The translations under genes and the position numbers were made by a program. A DNA stretch of 64,000 nucleotides from Raillietiella orientalis (lineage: Eukaryota): positions 2,542,001-2,606,000 of the forward strand of contig JAYWIR010000030.1 in the NCBI GenBank assembly GCA_036172245.1, given 5' to 3'. The notes beneath the pieces are model-generated. The model did not search any database, was not told the DNA's origin, and saw only the letters and a program-made list of their open reading frames with translations. Shown here in pieces: positions 37,875 to 49,773 of this stretch (its first letter is position 1; each line of letters opens with the position of its first letter).

Positions 37875-39231
37875 GCCTTACTCATAAATTGAAAAACTGG
37901 TATTATCTTTTCGTTACTTACTGGTACTATCCTGCGTGCATGTGTTTCATAACACGCATTTTCGGCTTAAGGAATCAGAGACGAGAAACAAAAACGTCAT
38001 GTTATGATATAGTGGCTGTACTATGAAATCATAAGTTCGTTTTATTTACACGAAACTACCTCCAATTTCAACCTATCTATACAAAACGTAATAACCCTTT
38101 ACCAATGCGCTTTCCACAAATCTATGCAGTTCATACATAAAAACTTTCAGGCTTCTTAAAAGATTACGGGAATTCAAACCCTGGAATTCTTCAACTTTTT
38201 TACATGACAACGTGCTAAGATGCAAATGTGTACTTAAGTGCTATAATCAAGGTGGTTGTTTACCAATTGTATTATTTACTTCTAAAAGAATGTGAAGCGT
38301 ATGATATCGGTCCACCAGTCACAGTACTTAACATTAATTGCTACAAGACACTTTTGTTTCTAAAACTCTTTTTAACTTTTTAACTAAACAGCTATTTAAC
38401 AATAATGTTGTCGAATATGTTCCTTTGGTATTAAAGCATATTTCTTCTTTTTGACAAACTGAATTTAATGTTATGTAAAGTAATTTCCTATTTGTCAAAT
38501 AAAAATCAAATCATTAACAAATAAGACAACTTTGTCTAGAAACAACAGAATTTCTGCAGATAAACAGCAAACACAGCAGCAAGCAACAATCACCAGCTTC
38601 TGTATCGTTCTTTCTATCACGTGGAGGGCACATGAAATATGACAATTAAGGTTCAATCAAGGTTTCAATAAATTAACTCACAAGCCATATATTTGTGCTT
38701 GGTTTTTGATGAAAGCATTAGAGAAAACTCAGCTTTGTTCGAAAATTACAACCAGCTACAGATGGTCGTAATTACTGCAAATATCGACTTTATTTAGAAG
38801 TGGTCGCAACACCTAAAAATTGCTATCCTAAAACTGAAAACTTCAATCTTTTCGTGTTCATTAATGTCATACACCGAGTAATATTTAAAACTGAAGTGCC
38901 TGTCTGTAACTATAGTACTTACATGTAATTGTGATTACTCCAAATATCTAGAATTACATATCTCAAAGATTGAAGAACTGTTCTTCTATTCTTTGTCAAT
39001 TATTTCCACGATTGCTTGCACTGGAAACCTCCTTCGAAGTTTTGTTTCATGAGACGAAGCACATTAAATGCATCAGTTTTTTAGTTCTTCAATAGTATGA
39101 GTATTTTGCAATCATCAACAATGACCTCCAAACGAAGCAAAGTCAACGACGTTGGACAGCAAAATAAACGTTACAGAAAACAAAGGCGTTTACGGAAACA
39201 CCGACAGCCAACCCAAAATCGAAAACTTCAG

Positions 39232-39269
39232 AAAACTCGCGGCTGATGGATCCATCAGCCGCGAGTTTT
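39232..39269. repeat. Perfect 38-bp spacerless palindrome
   Basis: AAAACTCGCGGCTGATGGA|TCCATCAGCCGCGAGTTTT. Confidence 0.95.
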
Positions 39270-39383
39270 ACATTTATTTACATTTATTTATTTATTTTTT
39301 ACATTTTTTACATTTATTTATTTATTTTTTACATTTTTTTACATTTATTTATTTATTTTTTACATTTTTTTACATTTATTTTT
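39267..39383 (+). repeat. T-rich tandem repeat (about 30-32 bp unit, about 3 copies, built from TACATTT/ATTT)
   Basis: TACATTTATTTATTTATTTTTTACATTTTT recurs directly. Confidence 0.9.
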
Positions 39384-40289
39384 CATCTTCCTGGTGACAT
39401 TTTCAAACTAAGAGTGACTTTTAATGTGTGACCAGTCTTGACCAGCCTCTCAATTTTCCCCACAGCGATTTGCTAAGTGATGGCTGCAGAGGAAGAGGAT
39501 AGCACAGACTGCGGAAGGCCATGATACCTGGAAGGAAGGAAGACCACCCAGTTTGCAATAAGAAAGGATGCTGATGGTGAGATCCATCTCTGCTCTTTGC
39601 TGTCAGAGGCAGCTGAGTGTGCAGAAGGCACGTGATACCTTGCAATTATTTTTCACTAAAGGGAATGCTGACTAGCTGCAACTTTCCTGCAAGCTTCCGG
39701 AACTTACAGAACATGACAACAAAACTGTGTGGGTCATGAGTGAAGGTATGAACTTTAGAAAAAGGCATGATTTTATATAGGAAAGGAACTATAACCACAG
39801 GAAATGCCTTTTCTAGACTCGCTGACGCCAGGTCTTCATATGTCTGCTAATTTGTACAACACCTTAATGGATACGAATGCAACAATAGTGCTTAACAATG
39901 CAATGAAAGAAAGGATGGAATATAATAGAGACCACATTTCTTGCTATGTTGCCTATCTAAAATTCTAATCCTAAAGCATCGCATTTACTGCTGAAGTGAT
40001 GCAAAAACGGAATGATCTTACCATTTGAATCAAGTGGCTTTAAACGAGAAACTTCTTCCTTGTTCTCAATTATGTCTTTCTTTATTTTCTTCCTTATTCT
40101 CACTCTGTTGGAAATTGTATTCGCAGTTATCTTTTTCATTCTCTGCGAGAATCCATTTCAAAATATATCTACCTGAATCCTGCTCCAGGACACATGTAAA
40201 GTACATTTCCTTCTTCTTGGACTCTGCTAGACGTTCCAAAACTTCCCATTCCACAAACTTCGATTTTACACACTCAAAAGCTCCTTCAC

Positions 40290-41400
40290 CTCATAATGCA
40301 GTGGTATCTGAAGTTAGGGGTAAGTTGCGATCAGAGAAATTTCGGGACTAACGACTCTTCAGATAACTTCGGTACAGTGCCACTTTTGTTAGATTATCAC
40401 GCAGCATTAGAAGTCGGAGGCAGACGAAGCCTCCAATTGCTTCCAAAAGAAATAGGTACGTGATTCCTGATGAGTTTCCTGGAAGTGGTGAAAATTTTTG
40501 CTGTGTGCTAGTGGAGAACACGACATACACAGAGTGGTGGTATTTGGCACAGAATCTGGTTTAGTCGATTTGGTGAAATATAAGGGCTGAGTACGTTATG
40601 GAACATTAAAATGTAGTCGGGATACATAATACCGGCCATATTCGTTACACACAATGATAAGAAATAGCAGCATTCCTCGTCTGTTTGCTTTACTTTCAAG
40701 GAAATCTGAAGGGACTTTCAGCAGCGTTTTTTATATCCCAACGAATTTGCGCCCGATATTAGATCCTGAATCCATGATGATAGACTGTGAGAAAGGAAGT
40801 ATCGTAGCTTTGTTTAACATATACCCGAATGAAAAACTATAACTGTCTACTTATTTCATATGGTAAAAAACATTTATCTCAAGATCACTGACAAAAGTTT
40901 GGACAAAAGTTGCTCCATTAAGCAGATGCCGAATTTAACACGAAAATGATTGTGCTGACATGCCGTCCGGTTAGCTTTATCGAGCTGACGGATGAGGATG
41001 ATTTGCCCCAAGTGTTGGTTTCTATTTGGAAAGATTGCATTAAAGGGGAAAGGGGTGGATGGAAGAGGAGGACGAGGAGCCTCGAAAGAGCCGACTTGAG
41101 CCCACATTTCCCACAGAACTTTGGACGAGACAATATACGAATAAGAGGCAACCGTGTGAAAGGCTTCCACAACGCAATGCAAAGCTTGATTACAAATATG
41201 CATTAGTCTTAAGGAGCTAGCACCTCTCTTAATTCAGGAATACGTTTTAAAGATAAAAGTGGGACACGGAACGAGGAGACCAATCAACAAACCAAAAGAT
41301 GAATGATAGTAAGAACGAAAGACTGGAATACCATTGCTTAGATACAGTTCACAAAATAAAATCAGTTATTGTAGCAGAACTGCAGTGAATTTGCATACAT
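40290..41400 (+). mobile_element. MULE (Mutator-like) DNA transposase pseudogene
   Basis: HRVVVFGT, YGTLK (DGTFK), IPRLFALLSRKSE, MMIDCE, LFHMVKNI (CxFH), PTFPTELW and NRVKGFHN (NNxxEGWHN); stops and frameshifts. Confidence 0.85.
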
Positions 41401-44099
41401 CTTGAATGTGTCCAAATATTTTGGATGGTCATTTTCCTCAATGAAGTATTTTGAATTTTGTTACAAATTTTCCAAGTTTCATTATGTCTTCTTTAATGTC
41501 TGTTTTTAGTTTTCGTTATTTTATCTTATATGGCAAAACAGTCTTAAGGCCAAGTAGTCAAGCAGCCCGAAAACGTTCAGCAATGGTATTTATGGCAGAA
41601 AATGTAAACAGCAATTATAGAGCTCTCTTGGAAAAGATAGTAACGCGCGCGGTATATGCGGTAGCCGGAACCATTTCGAATCCGCCTCTGAACGGAACAC
41701 GCGTGACAGATGGTCCAGAAATGCTCCATCCCCCTTATTTGTCGATTCCAGCTGCAATCGCATGCCCTGCAAACCCCTCAACGTGCATGCACGCGTAAGG
41801 TCATGTTTTCGCAACTCTTCTGTTCGCATGAAAGACAGATGTGGGGTCTCACTCCAGGTGATTCGAGGGAATCTACCCAGAATCCATTAGGTGGGGTATG
41901 CAGGAAATTACTTTCTAGACTTCTTGACCAAGAAACTCAGAAGGGATCATTATTTGCAAAGTGCAACCATATTAGAGTATGAAAAAGCCCTCTAAGAAGG
42001 TGCAAGATGTCACGATTAAGCAGTCTTCTTGAAATGGAGAGTCAGGCGAAGATTGTCATGCAGACGAGAAACCGGGATCTTTGAACAAGCAGACAATATC
42101 CGATCATCGCCTTCAGTCACTTTAGCCATCAAACTTTACTCAGAGGCCTGATATGCCCAAGTTTGCGGGTTTCGCTGATTCTTCTTTAACGAAGGTGGAC
42201 TTCCAAACATTGCCACAATCAAAACATTCATCTTGTGCAAATGGGCAGAACTATAAAGAAGTATCCATGGAAGCAGAATGTCTAGAATTCTTTTTTTGCA
42301 TTCCCACCGAGACAGGAGATCGGAAAGATCAGACGTGCTTATCAGGGCTGGTGGCGAACCTACCCCCATTGTTTCAACATGGCTGAGGAAAGGAGGCATC
42401 GCCAAACAGAGACAAAGGGCAGCTGCGCCCTCTTAAGAAGACTCGAAGAAATGCTGCTGGAAACGCAAAATAGAAACCGGCTGCAATCTGTTGCTGCTGT
42501 AAGGTAACGACAAGAAGGAGGAGCTCTAGTGCAGTCACTTGAAATTTCTGAAAGTCGAACACCTCGAGCGTATAAGGCAGCGGAGCTGGGAGCAACCGAC
42601 AAGGTGGGTTATTAGGGGCCGCGTACGTACCTTTCGAAGTGGAATTGCAGCGTGGGTCATTATAAGAGAAGCCTGCGTTCTCCCTCTCCTGGTGAAAAAG
42701 GACCAGGTTTTTTTCCTTTTTTTTTCTCGGCTAGAAATCACAGTCCTTTCTCCGAGATACGACTAACCTTGAAACAGAGATCTAGTCTTCAGTTCTGGGG
42801 ACTTTCCTTCTACACTGTTTCAATGGAAGGTGTAGCTACTCATTCACACGAATATCCCATGCACTTCGTAAAGATCTTCGACACCACGTGAATCCAATAC
42901 CATGTAGAAGTCTCTAAGGAGACGCCAGAATCACGCCTCATCTCCCTCCCTCTCTACAGAGTTTCGAAGCTCGTGTTATCTTTGTTGTTCGGGAAGGGAA
43001 AAAACAGAGGGCTGGCTTGAGTGGATACCGTCGTTGTCTTTTCCCGTCCTCTTCGAACTTCATGCGTTTCAGCAGATGTGTGTCGGCACACTTCGAAGCC
43101 ACGACACCCATAAGGGTTCGTAAAATTAATATCCAAAGTGACGAATAAGACATCGTGATTCTTTACTGTAGTGACACACACGAGTGTCTAGAGGAACCGT
43201 TTGACCATAGCTTATTTGCATCGCACTCCGGCAGAAGACAAATCCAGGTCAAGGTATTGAAGATGTTCACTGTTCCCATGGAGTAAAATAGATGCCTTTC
43301 AACTTTTTCTAAAGTGTTGTACTGTCAGAGCTTTAGAAAAGCATATGAAACGACACTCAGTAATAGTAAAAGGCAGCTGCAGAGTCAGAGGTGCTTGAAT
43401 TTACCGAGGAAAACAGTCAGCAACCGATATCACTCAGGATGCCTCGGTTTTCAGGATTCACCTGACGGAGCCCATATTCTGCTAATGACAGCCCTAAACT
43501 GTAAAGGTATCAAAAGCAATAGAAAGGCTCTTCTGGAAAGCACGGTGAGTGATGGTAAAGGAGAGATTGTCTGCACCACAGAAAAAACGAAGATTCAAGC
43601 CCATTCGTGTGAAGATCCATTTAGTAGTGATTTAATAACACTAGAAACTATCTTAAGAGCATTTTGACAAGTAAAGGACAAGAGAAGGCCAAAATAAGAG
43701 TGCGATGGGCCTTCAGCCGAAAAGGAACCCAGAATTATTATAAGGGATCAAGCTTCAACAAGTACATGTGGAATAAAATGACTTATGGTCTGCGCATAAT
43801 CCTAATTATAATCATAAGGAAAGTCAGCGCGACTTCTCAATGAAACGCACCACATCAAGTGAGGGTCGACATCGTGAGAGGGCACGTCAGTCATCGTTGC
43901 ATTTCCTCTTCAGAGGTAAAAATTCAAGCCCTCAGATTACGAATCCATTCATGCGTTGTGGTTCCATTTAGTAACTGTGTGAGCAATGCCCACCAGAAAT
44001 GACACGGGATGCAGCAGTAGGACATCATTGTGGTATGGGACGAGTACCTTAGAGGCATCAGTATATGTTTGAGTACCTTCTAAACACACTGTCTTTCTT

Positions 44100-44540
44100 G
44101 ATGTACTCCTTGTGTTTCACGGAACTTTTGGATTTTCTTTGTTTTAATCATTGGTCAGGTTCCAAGATCTCAGAGATACTACTATTATTCCTTCTACTGT
44201 AGTGAACACTGCTTTGCAAGCAGAGTGGAGAGGCAGTCCTCGTTATTCACACCTCTTGTTCCCTGTTGTCGCTTCTAATGCGGTTGATGAGTACTCCAAG
44301 TGTAGGATGAGCACTTTGCCTTCCTTCTGCAGCACCGCATCGAGCCTTCCAGTTTGTTCCTCAAGTGGCCTGGTTCGCAGCCATAAACTCCGTTGTTCCA
44401 ATACACGTGTTTTGATTTGGGTAACCAATTTTTCGTGCCTGCATTGTGCGTGCCATTGTTGGTTAGTGATTCCTGTACTCACAATCGATGGAGTCGGATA
44501 TATCTCAGTTTGAGTGTGAGCTTAAGGTGTTTTCTCTTGC
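44100..44540 (-). mobile_element. R2/NeSL-like restriction-like endonuclease remnant
   Basis: CRHEKLVTQIK...GRLDAVLQKEGKVLILH...VEGIIVVSLRSW resembles RH...PD...(D)...G.W. Confidence 0.5.
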
Positions 44541-44559
44541 ATAGAATGTGACCTGAAAC

Positions 44560-46170
44560 AAGATGTGATGTGATGTGAATTGCTACATCGTGTTCATGAA
44601 GCCGTATGAGGTATTCTATGATGGATGAGGATGAACTTTGGAATCTTAGTGGAAGAGTGGCTAAATGTTAGGTATGGATTCTAAGTCCAATGCTTTCATT
44701 TGACCTCATTAGAATGATAGTGGTGGTTATGAGGATGAATACATTGTTGAACGGCAACTCATTGATTGATTCATTCTAGTGAGTTTAATGCTGCTTAGTG
44801 ATCCATGGTTGACTGTTTATTGGTTTATGGGTAGCTAGACCAATTCATTATGGATGAGCTAAATGGAATATTTGGGAGTGATGGAAGGTTATTCCTGATC
44901 TTGGTCCTTTAGAATACATATGTTGTGAAAATTACAATGCAAAAGGCTGGAGATGGCAGTCAGAATTTGTTTTTTAATTATGGACAAGATATTTGTCAGG
45001 TGGTCCTATAGTATTAAACAGATGAGTTGGTCACAGAAGCCACCTATTATGGCCTCTATTACTGGGAAGAAGATTATGGATGGTGATGATGTTGACAACC
45101 ATAATAGTTTGTTGTTACCAATGAGAGATCTCGGTTATGAAAATTCTAGTGATTGATAAATCAGAAGTTCCTAAGATGCCTGCTCAGCTTCTGAAGGTGA
45201 AGTAAAGTGTTCCAATGTCTTTGTAGTTTGTGGCTTGTGGATATGAGCCATCATTATAAGAATCTCACAAGATTTTGCATTTTGTACTTTTCAGTAGTTT
45301 ATTCAACTTATAGCCATATATTGGTGACATGGTGGTGCAGATGCACATATGCACAGTATTTGAATCTAAGAGATATAATTGAGAGTAGCATCTAAGTAAA
45401 ATGACAAATTGTCTGCAGCTGTGGTAGTTAGGATATGGACTAAAATATAGTGGTTGATAGAAAGAGTTAAGGTTGATATGGCGGAGATTATGAGATGAAG
45501 TGATATGCCAGTAGAGGTGGAAACAATAATAAAAGGAAGAAGGTGAAAGAAAGATAGTTAAGGAGTCTGAGTTTATGAAAGGGTAGAAAGACAAATGTTG
45601 ATAAGCTGATATTTAGGTACAGGAGCAATGGGATCGAGGATGACATGGTGCAGAGAATCACTAGTAGAGTAGGAATGAATTTTAGGGATATTTATTCGGG
45701 TAGAAATCCTGGGAAGGAAAGGTTTAGTACGTCTGAAAGGTTGAGTATTCTGCAAAACAAGGCGAAGGAGAATGTATTGAAGATTATGTGAGAGAATGAG
45801 AATAGTAATATGCATTTTGGAACAGTAATATGCATCCAATGGAAGCCAAGGAGTACACGGTAAGATGTGTTAACCCTGTTTAATAGGAAGAGGTTATTGT
45901 AGGGATCATTTATGCTATGTGGAAGATGGAGGAATGAGGTATTAGCCAAATGAATAATGCTAATACGGACAGGATGGCCCTGAGAATTGTTGGAATGAGA
46001 TTAATGGCTGATGGTGATGATGAATGATGAATGAATGTACTGAAATGATGGAATGGAAGATGAATGATGAAATGATCAATTAATGTACTAGTTTTTGTCA
46101 TGTCAGAAGGGTTAGCAGACAGAGGAGTAGGTAAAGAGGAGAGAGTCCGAAGAGGAGTAGAAAAACTGAA
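44560..46170 (-). mobile_element. Penelope-like element RT remnant
   Basis: NIPKIHS (PKIHK) and IKLT...NELPFNNV (FTxExE...LPFLDV); C/T-rich coding strand. Confidence 0.5.
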
Positions 46171-46199
46171 AATAATGAAAAAACAAAACCGCGCGCGGT

Positions 46200-47060
46200 G
46201 AGTCCCGTGTCGGGCGAGAACCAGCCGGTGCGATCCTAAAACAGCGGCGAACTTCCCACCTGCTTGATCAGGCAATGATATGGCAGAAGCTAAGGATGGT
46301 GGAGGACGGGTCCAGGTCACCTACAAAAAGAAGAAAACCGAAGAAAGCTCACGCGGAAAAATTCCGCGTTTATCAAAACTGCAAACTTCGAGGATCTTCG
46401 CGGAACGCGTGATCGAGCATGCTCCAGCGTCGGTCCATAAGGCAGCGATGACTGTGATCATTAGCAGGGGGAGAAGAGTCACCCGAAGGACGATCGTGCG
46501 AGCATGGCAGACGGCACACTCGGAGCAGTTCCGAGCGGTGACCTTGAAAAGACCCTCCCGATCTCCGAGAAGTCCGCCTAGCGAAGCGCGCGACCGCCAA
46601 GGCCGAAAGGAAGGCTGTCCGGTGGCCCGCGGAGGAAGTGTCTCATCGAGGGATTTCCGAGTTGGAAGTGGAAGCGAAAACCGCGCTTCTCATAGCGGGA
46701 GCTCGCCTCTCGTCCGTGCGAGAGGCGAAAATGGGTAGGACGCAACTGCACCTGCAAGGGAAACAGAATGCAAGCTCGGGCCCCGAAACGGTGCCGGAAG
46801 GCTTATGGGACTACTTTGCGAGGAAAGTTTTGCGAGATAGCCAGAAAGGAACGAAGGGGAAAGGGCGCGACTCTCCTTCAGCGGGCATGCTGCCAGACTT
46901 GCAGTAGTCATGTGGGGAATCGCGTCTTCCCGCTGGCTGCATAGCGTGTTGGAGAGTCAACGGATTACGCATCGCCGGGAAAAGGCGCGATACTGCATAC
47001 GATCTTCGATCCTTCGATCTGTCACTCCTGCAAGAGATTCGCAAGATCCCGCGGAAGGCT
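46200..47060 (+). mobile_element. Possible ORF1-like 5' fragment of a LINE
   Basis: GC-rich, basic 152-aa ORF starting MAEAKDGG; no diagnostic motif, called from context only. Confidence 0.25.
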
Positions 47061-47070
47061 ACACTGGTGT

Positions 47071-47543
47071 CACACCCCGGTGCTCTGGGGCATTTATTAT
47101 AAAAATAAACAAACATGTATAGGGTCATCGGCCCTACAACGTCCGAAAGAGTTCGGAACCTGCCGAGCAACCGGCACGCAGGCCGGCGAGGTTCGCCTAG
47201 GCAGCGGAGGGGGAAGGGACAAACAAAAACAAAAACAATATGTACAAAAAAGAATGTGTGTGTGGGGGGGGGGGGGTAAGGGATCATTGTCCTCTGGAGG
47301 GCGTCCTCTGCATCATTTCCAAGATGCCGGCAAATTCCATCCGAGTATGCTCCAGGTGGGACCATCTGGCTGCCGTCCTCAGGAAGCGCAGGATGAAGCA
47401 GGTGCCGTCCCTTTCGTGCCGTCCCTTTCGTGCCGTCTTTCTCTTGCCTATCTCCAGGTCGCCGCAATCCCACGTAGGCAGCACAGAGCTGCTAGGGCTG
47501 TAGCAGGCGAAAGGGCATCGGGCACGAAGAGGCGCTTCAACAC
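47071..47543 (-). mobile_element. Older 3' fragment of the same L1/Tx1-like family
   Basis: VLKRLFVPDALSPATALAALCCLRGI...LRFLRTAARWSHL plus 3' UTR and terminal AATAAATGCCCCAGAGCACCGGGGTG; contains a 14-bp tandem repeat (GTGCCGTCCCTTTC, 47402-47441). Confidence 0.85.
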
Positions 47544-49773
47544 GCCGGGGCGTTTATTTTTCTGGTAAAAACAAACAAGCAACTGTAGGGCTATTGCCCC
47601 TACAGCGTCCTAAAAAATGTTCTAATAAAGAGTCTGAAATTGCCGAGTAGCAAGCACGCAGGCTGGCGAGTTCGACTCGGCAGCGGGAGGGGAAAGGACA
47701 AATAAAAACAAAAAGAAAACACTATTTACAAAAGCAGGGAGGAGTTGGGGAAAGGATCACATTCCGCTGGAGTCGTCCTCTACATCCTTTCCAGGATGCC
47801 GGCAAGTTCGGTCCGCATATGCCCCAAATGGGACCATCTGGCTGCCGTCCTTAGGAAACGTAGGGCGGAGCAGATGATGTCCCTGTCGTTCAGTCCACCA
47901 GTGGCGGTGCTCCAGGCCGCCACAATCCCTCGTAGGCAGCAGAGGGCTGCAAGGGTTGCTGCAGGCCGAAGGGCGTCACGCACAGAGGCGCGTCAGAACG
48001 TCTCTAGGGTTGATCGTGGGTGCTCCTAGGGCCGTTGCGAAACGCAACCACAGAGGCCGGAGGGCAACACAGTCAAGAAGCAGGTGCGGGAGGGTTTCCC
48101 GTTCCCCGCACCTGACGCAATTTGGGTCCACAGCCCCCCTCGTCCAGTGCGAACGGCGGGCGTTGCTGGGGAGTCCCCAGTGCAACACCAGGAACGCCGA
48201 CTCCTGCCACTTCAGGGTAAGGGCCCGGGTAGTCTTCAGCACCGGGGGCCACTCGAGTACATCCATGGGGATGCTCAGCAGCTCGCCCCAGCGCAATAGT
48301 CCCTTTGGTGGGCACTTGGGGTCGCAGCGTCTGTCAACTGGCCCGTGGTCCAACCACCTTGCTCTCTCTCTCTTCCAGAGATACTGCACCTGACTTCCCA
48401 TTTCGCCGGCTGGCTACTGCCCAGTTGCTCCCTGAGGTGGAACAGAGCCGTGGCAAGGGAGGTCCTCTCAGCCCATGCGCTCAAGGTGGGCTGCACAATG
48501 ATGTCCTGCAGCGAGCGGCTCTTGTGATAGGAGAGCAGCATTCGCTGCCGCAACTCCGGGCTCGCTTCCTCGATCTGGGCCCACGTGCGAAGGCTTTCCT
48601 GCAACCAGGAAGTACCGTTCGCGGGCCGACAGGAGATCCAGGTGTTCGTTCTGGTCAGCTTCGCCACTCGCCGAAGTGCCAGTCCGCAGTGGAACAGGTA
48701 CCGGCGTTAGCGGCGCGCTAGGAAGGTAGACAGTCCCGCGCAGCCGCTAGCTCGCTGAACAAGGCGTCGTGCAGGCTCGCACCAGCTGGTGCTCCATAGC
48801 TTCGCTACTAGAGCTAGAGTCCTGAACTGCAGCTGCAGTTCCAGCCGCTCCAGCGTGAGGAGGCCGAGGCCTCCATCGCGACCAGGGGCACATAAGTCCT
48901 TCAAACGGACTCGGGGCCTCCCTCTGCCCCAAAGGGCGATTCTGAGGAGGTCCTTTGTCCGCTTTCTGACACCGCAGGGTGGAGGGCAAACAAAAAGCAA
49001 GGGGCGAAAAAGGGGGGCCACGAACGTGTCCCACACCACGGCCCGTTCCGGCAAGAAAAACTTGCCATCCAGGAACGGGCCGATCGCTCTCTCGGCCTTT
49101 TGGAGGCAGCTAGACCACGCTTCCGCAGGGGAATAGTTTCCCAACGGCACACCAAGGTACTTAAAGTACGGTACCGTGGGGATCCCCAAGCTAGAGCAAT
49201 CCGGCTGCCCTGCCCGTGATGAACCAGCTGCAACCTCGGATGACTTCGCTCTGTTCACCTCCAGCCCTGTCCCGCGACGCAGCAGCTCGAAAAAGTTTTC
49301 GACCGCCGACGCCGGGGTGGACATGGGGAGCAGCAGCAAAAGATCGTCCGCATAAGACGCCACGGCCGGTGTACCTGGGCACACGCGCGGCAGGCGACCA
49401 AGAGTCTCCCTGTATGCCCTCAGCACCAGCTCGAAGTAGGTGCTGAAAAGCAAGGGGCTCAAGCTGTCACCTTGCCGTATCCCGCGGCGCACCGGCACAC
49501 CGAACACGTTTCTTCCTCTGAAAGAAATATTGGTCAGCGCGTCGCGCCAGCAAGAGCACAGAAAGGCTAATAAGGAGGCCGGGAAGCCCAGGCGCTCCAT
49601 TAGCTCCAGCAGGAGCTCTTGGTCGAATGCTTTACGCAAATCGACCGCGACCGCGAGGCCCCCCTCGCGCTCCCGACCATCTCGCGAACCACCAGCGGAC
49701 GTCCCGCAACTCGGGGTGACGACCTTATTCTTTTCATCTACTCTACACCGCTAAAACTCAAACCAGGTGTTCG
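47544..49773 (-). mobile_element. Left arm of the palindrome: inverted copy of the L1/Tx1-like element (RT to 3' end)
   Basis: Reverse complement of 50030-52259 (coordinates sum to 99803); identical ORF translations. Confidence 0.95.

Noticed and set aside
39267..39383. CRISPR-like array
   Set aside because: Simple AT-rich tandem repeat without unique spacers, in eukaryotic DNA with no cas genes.
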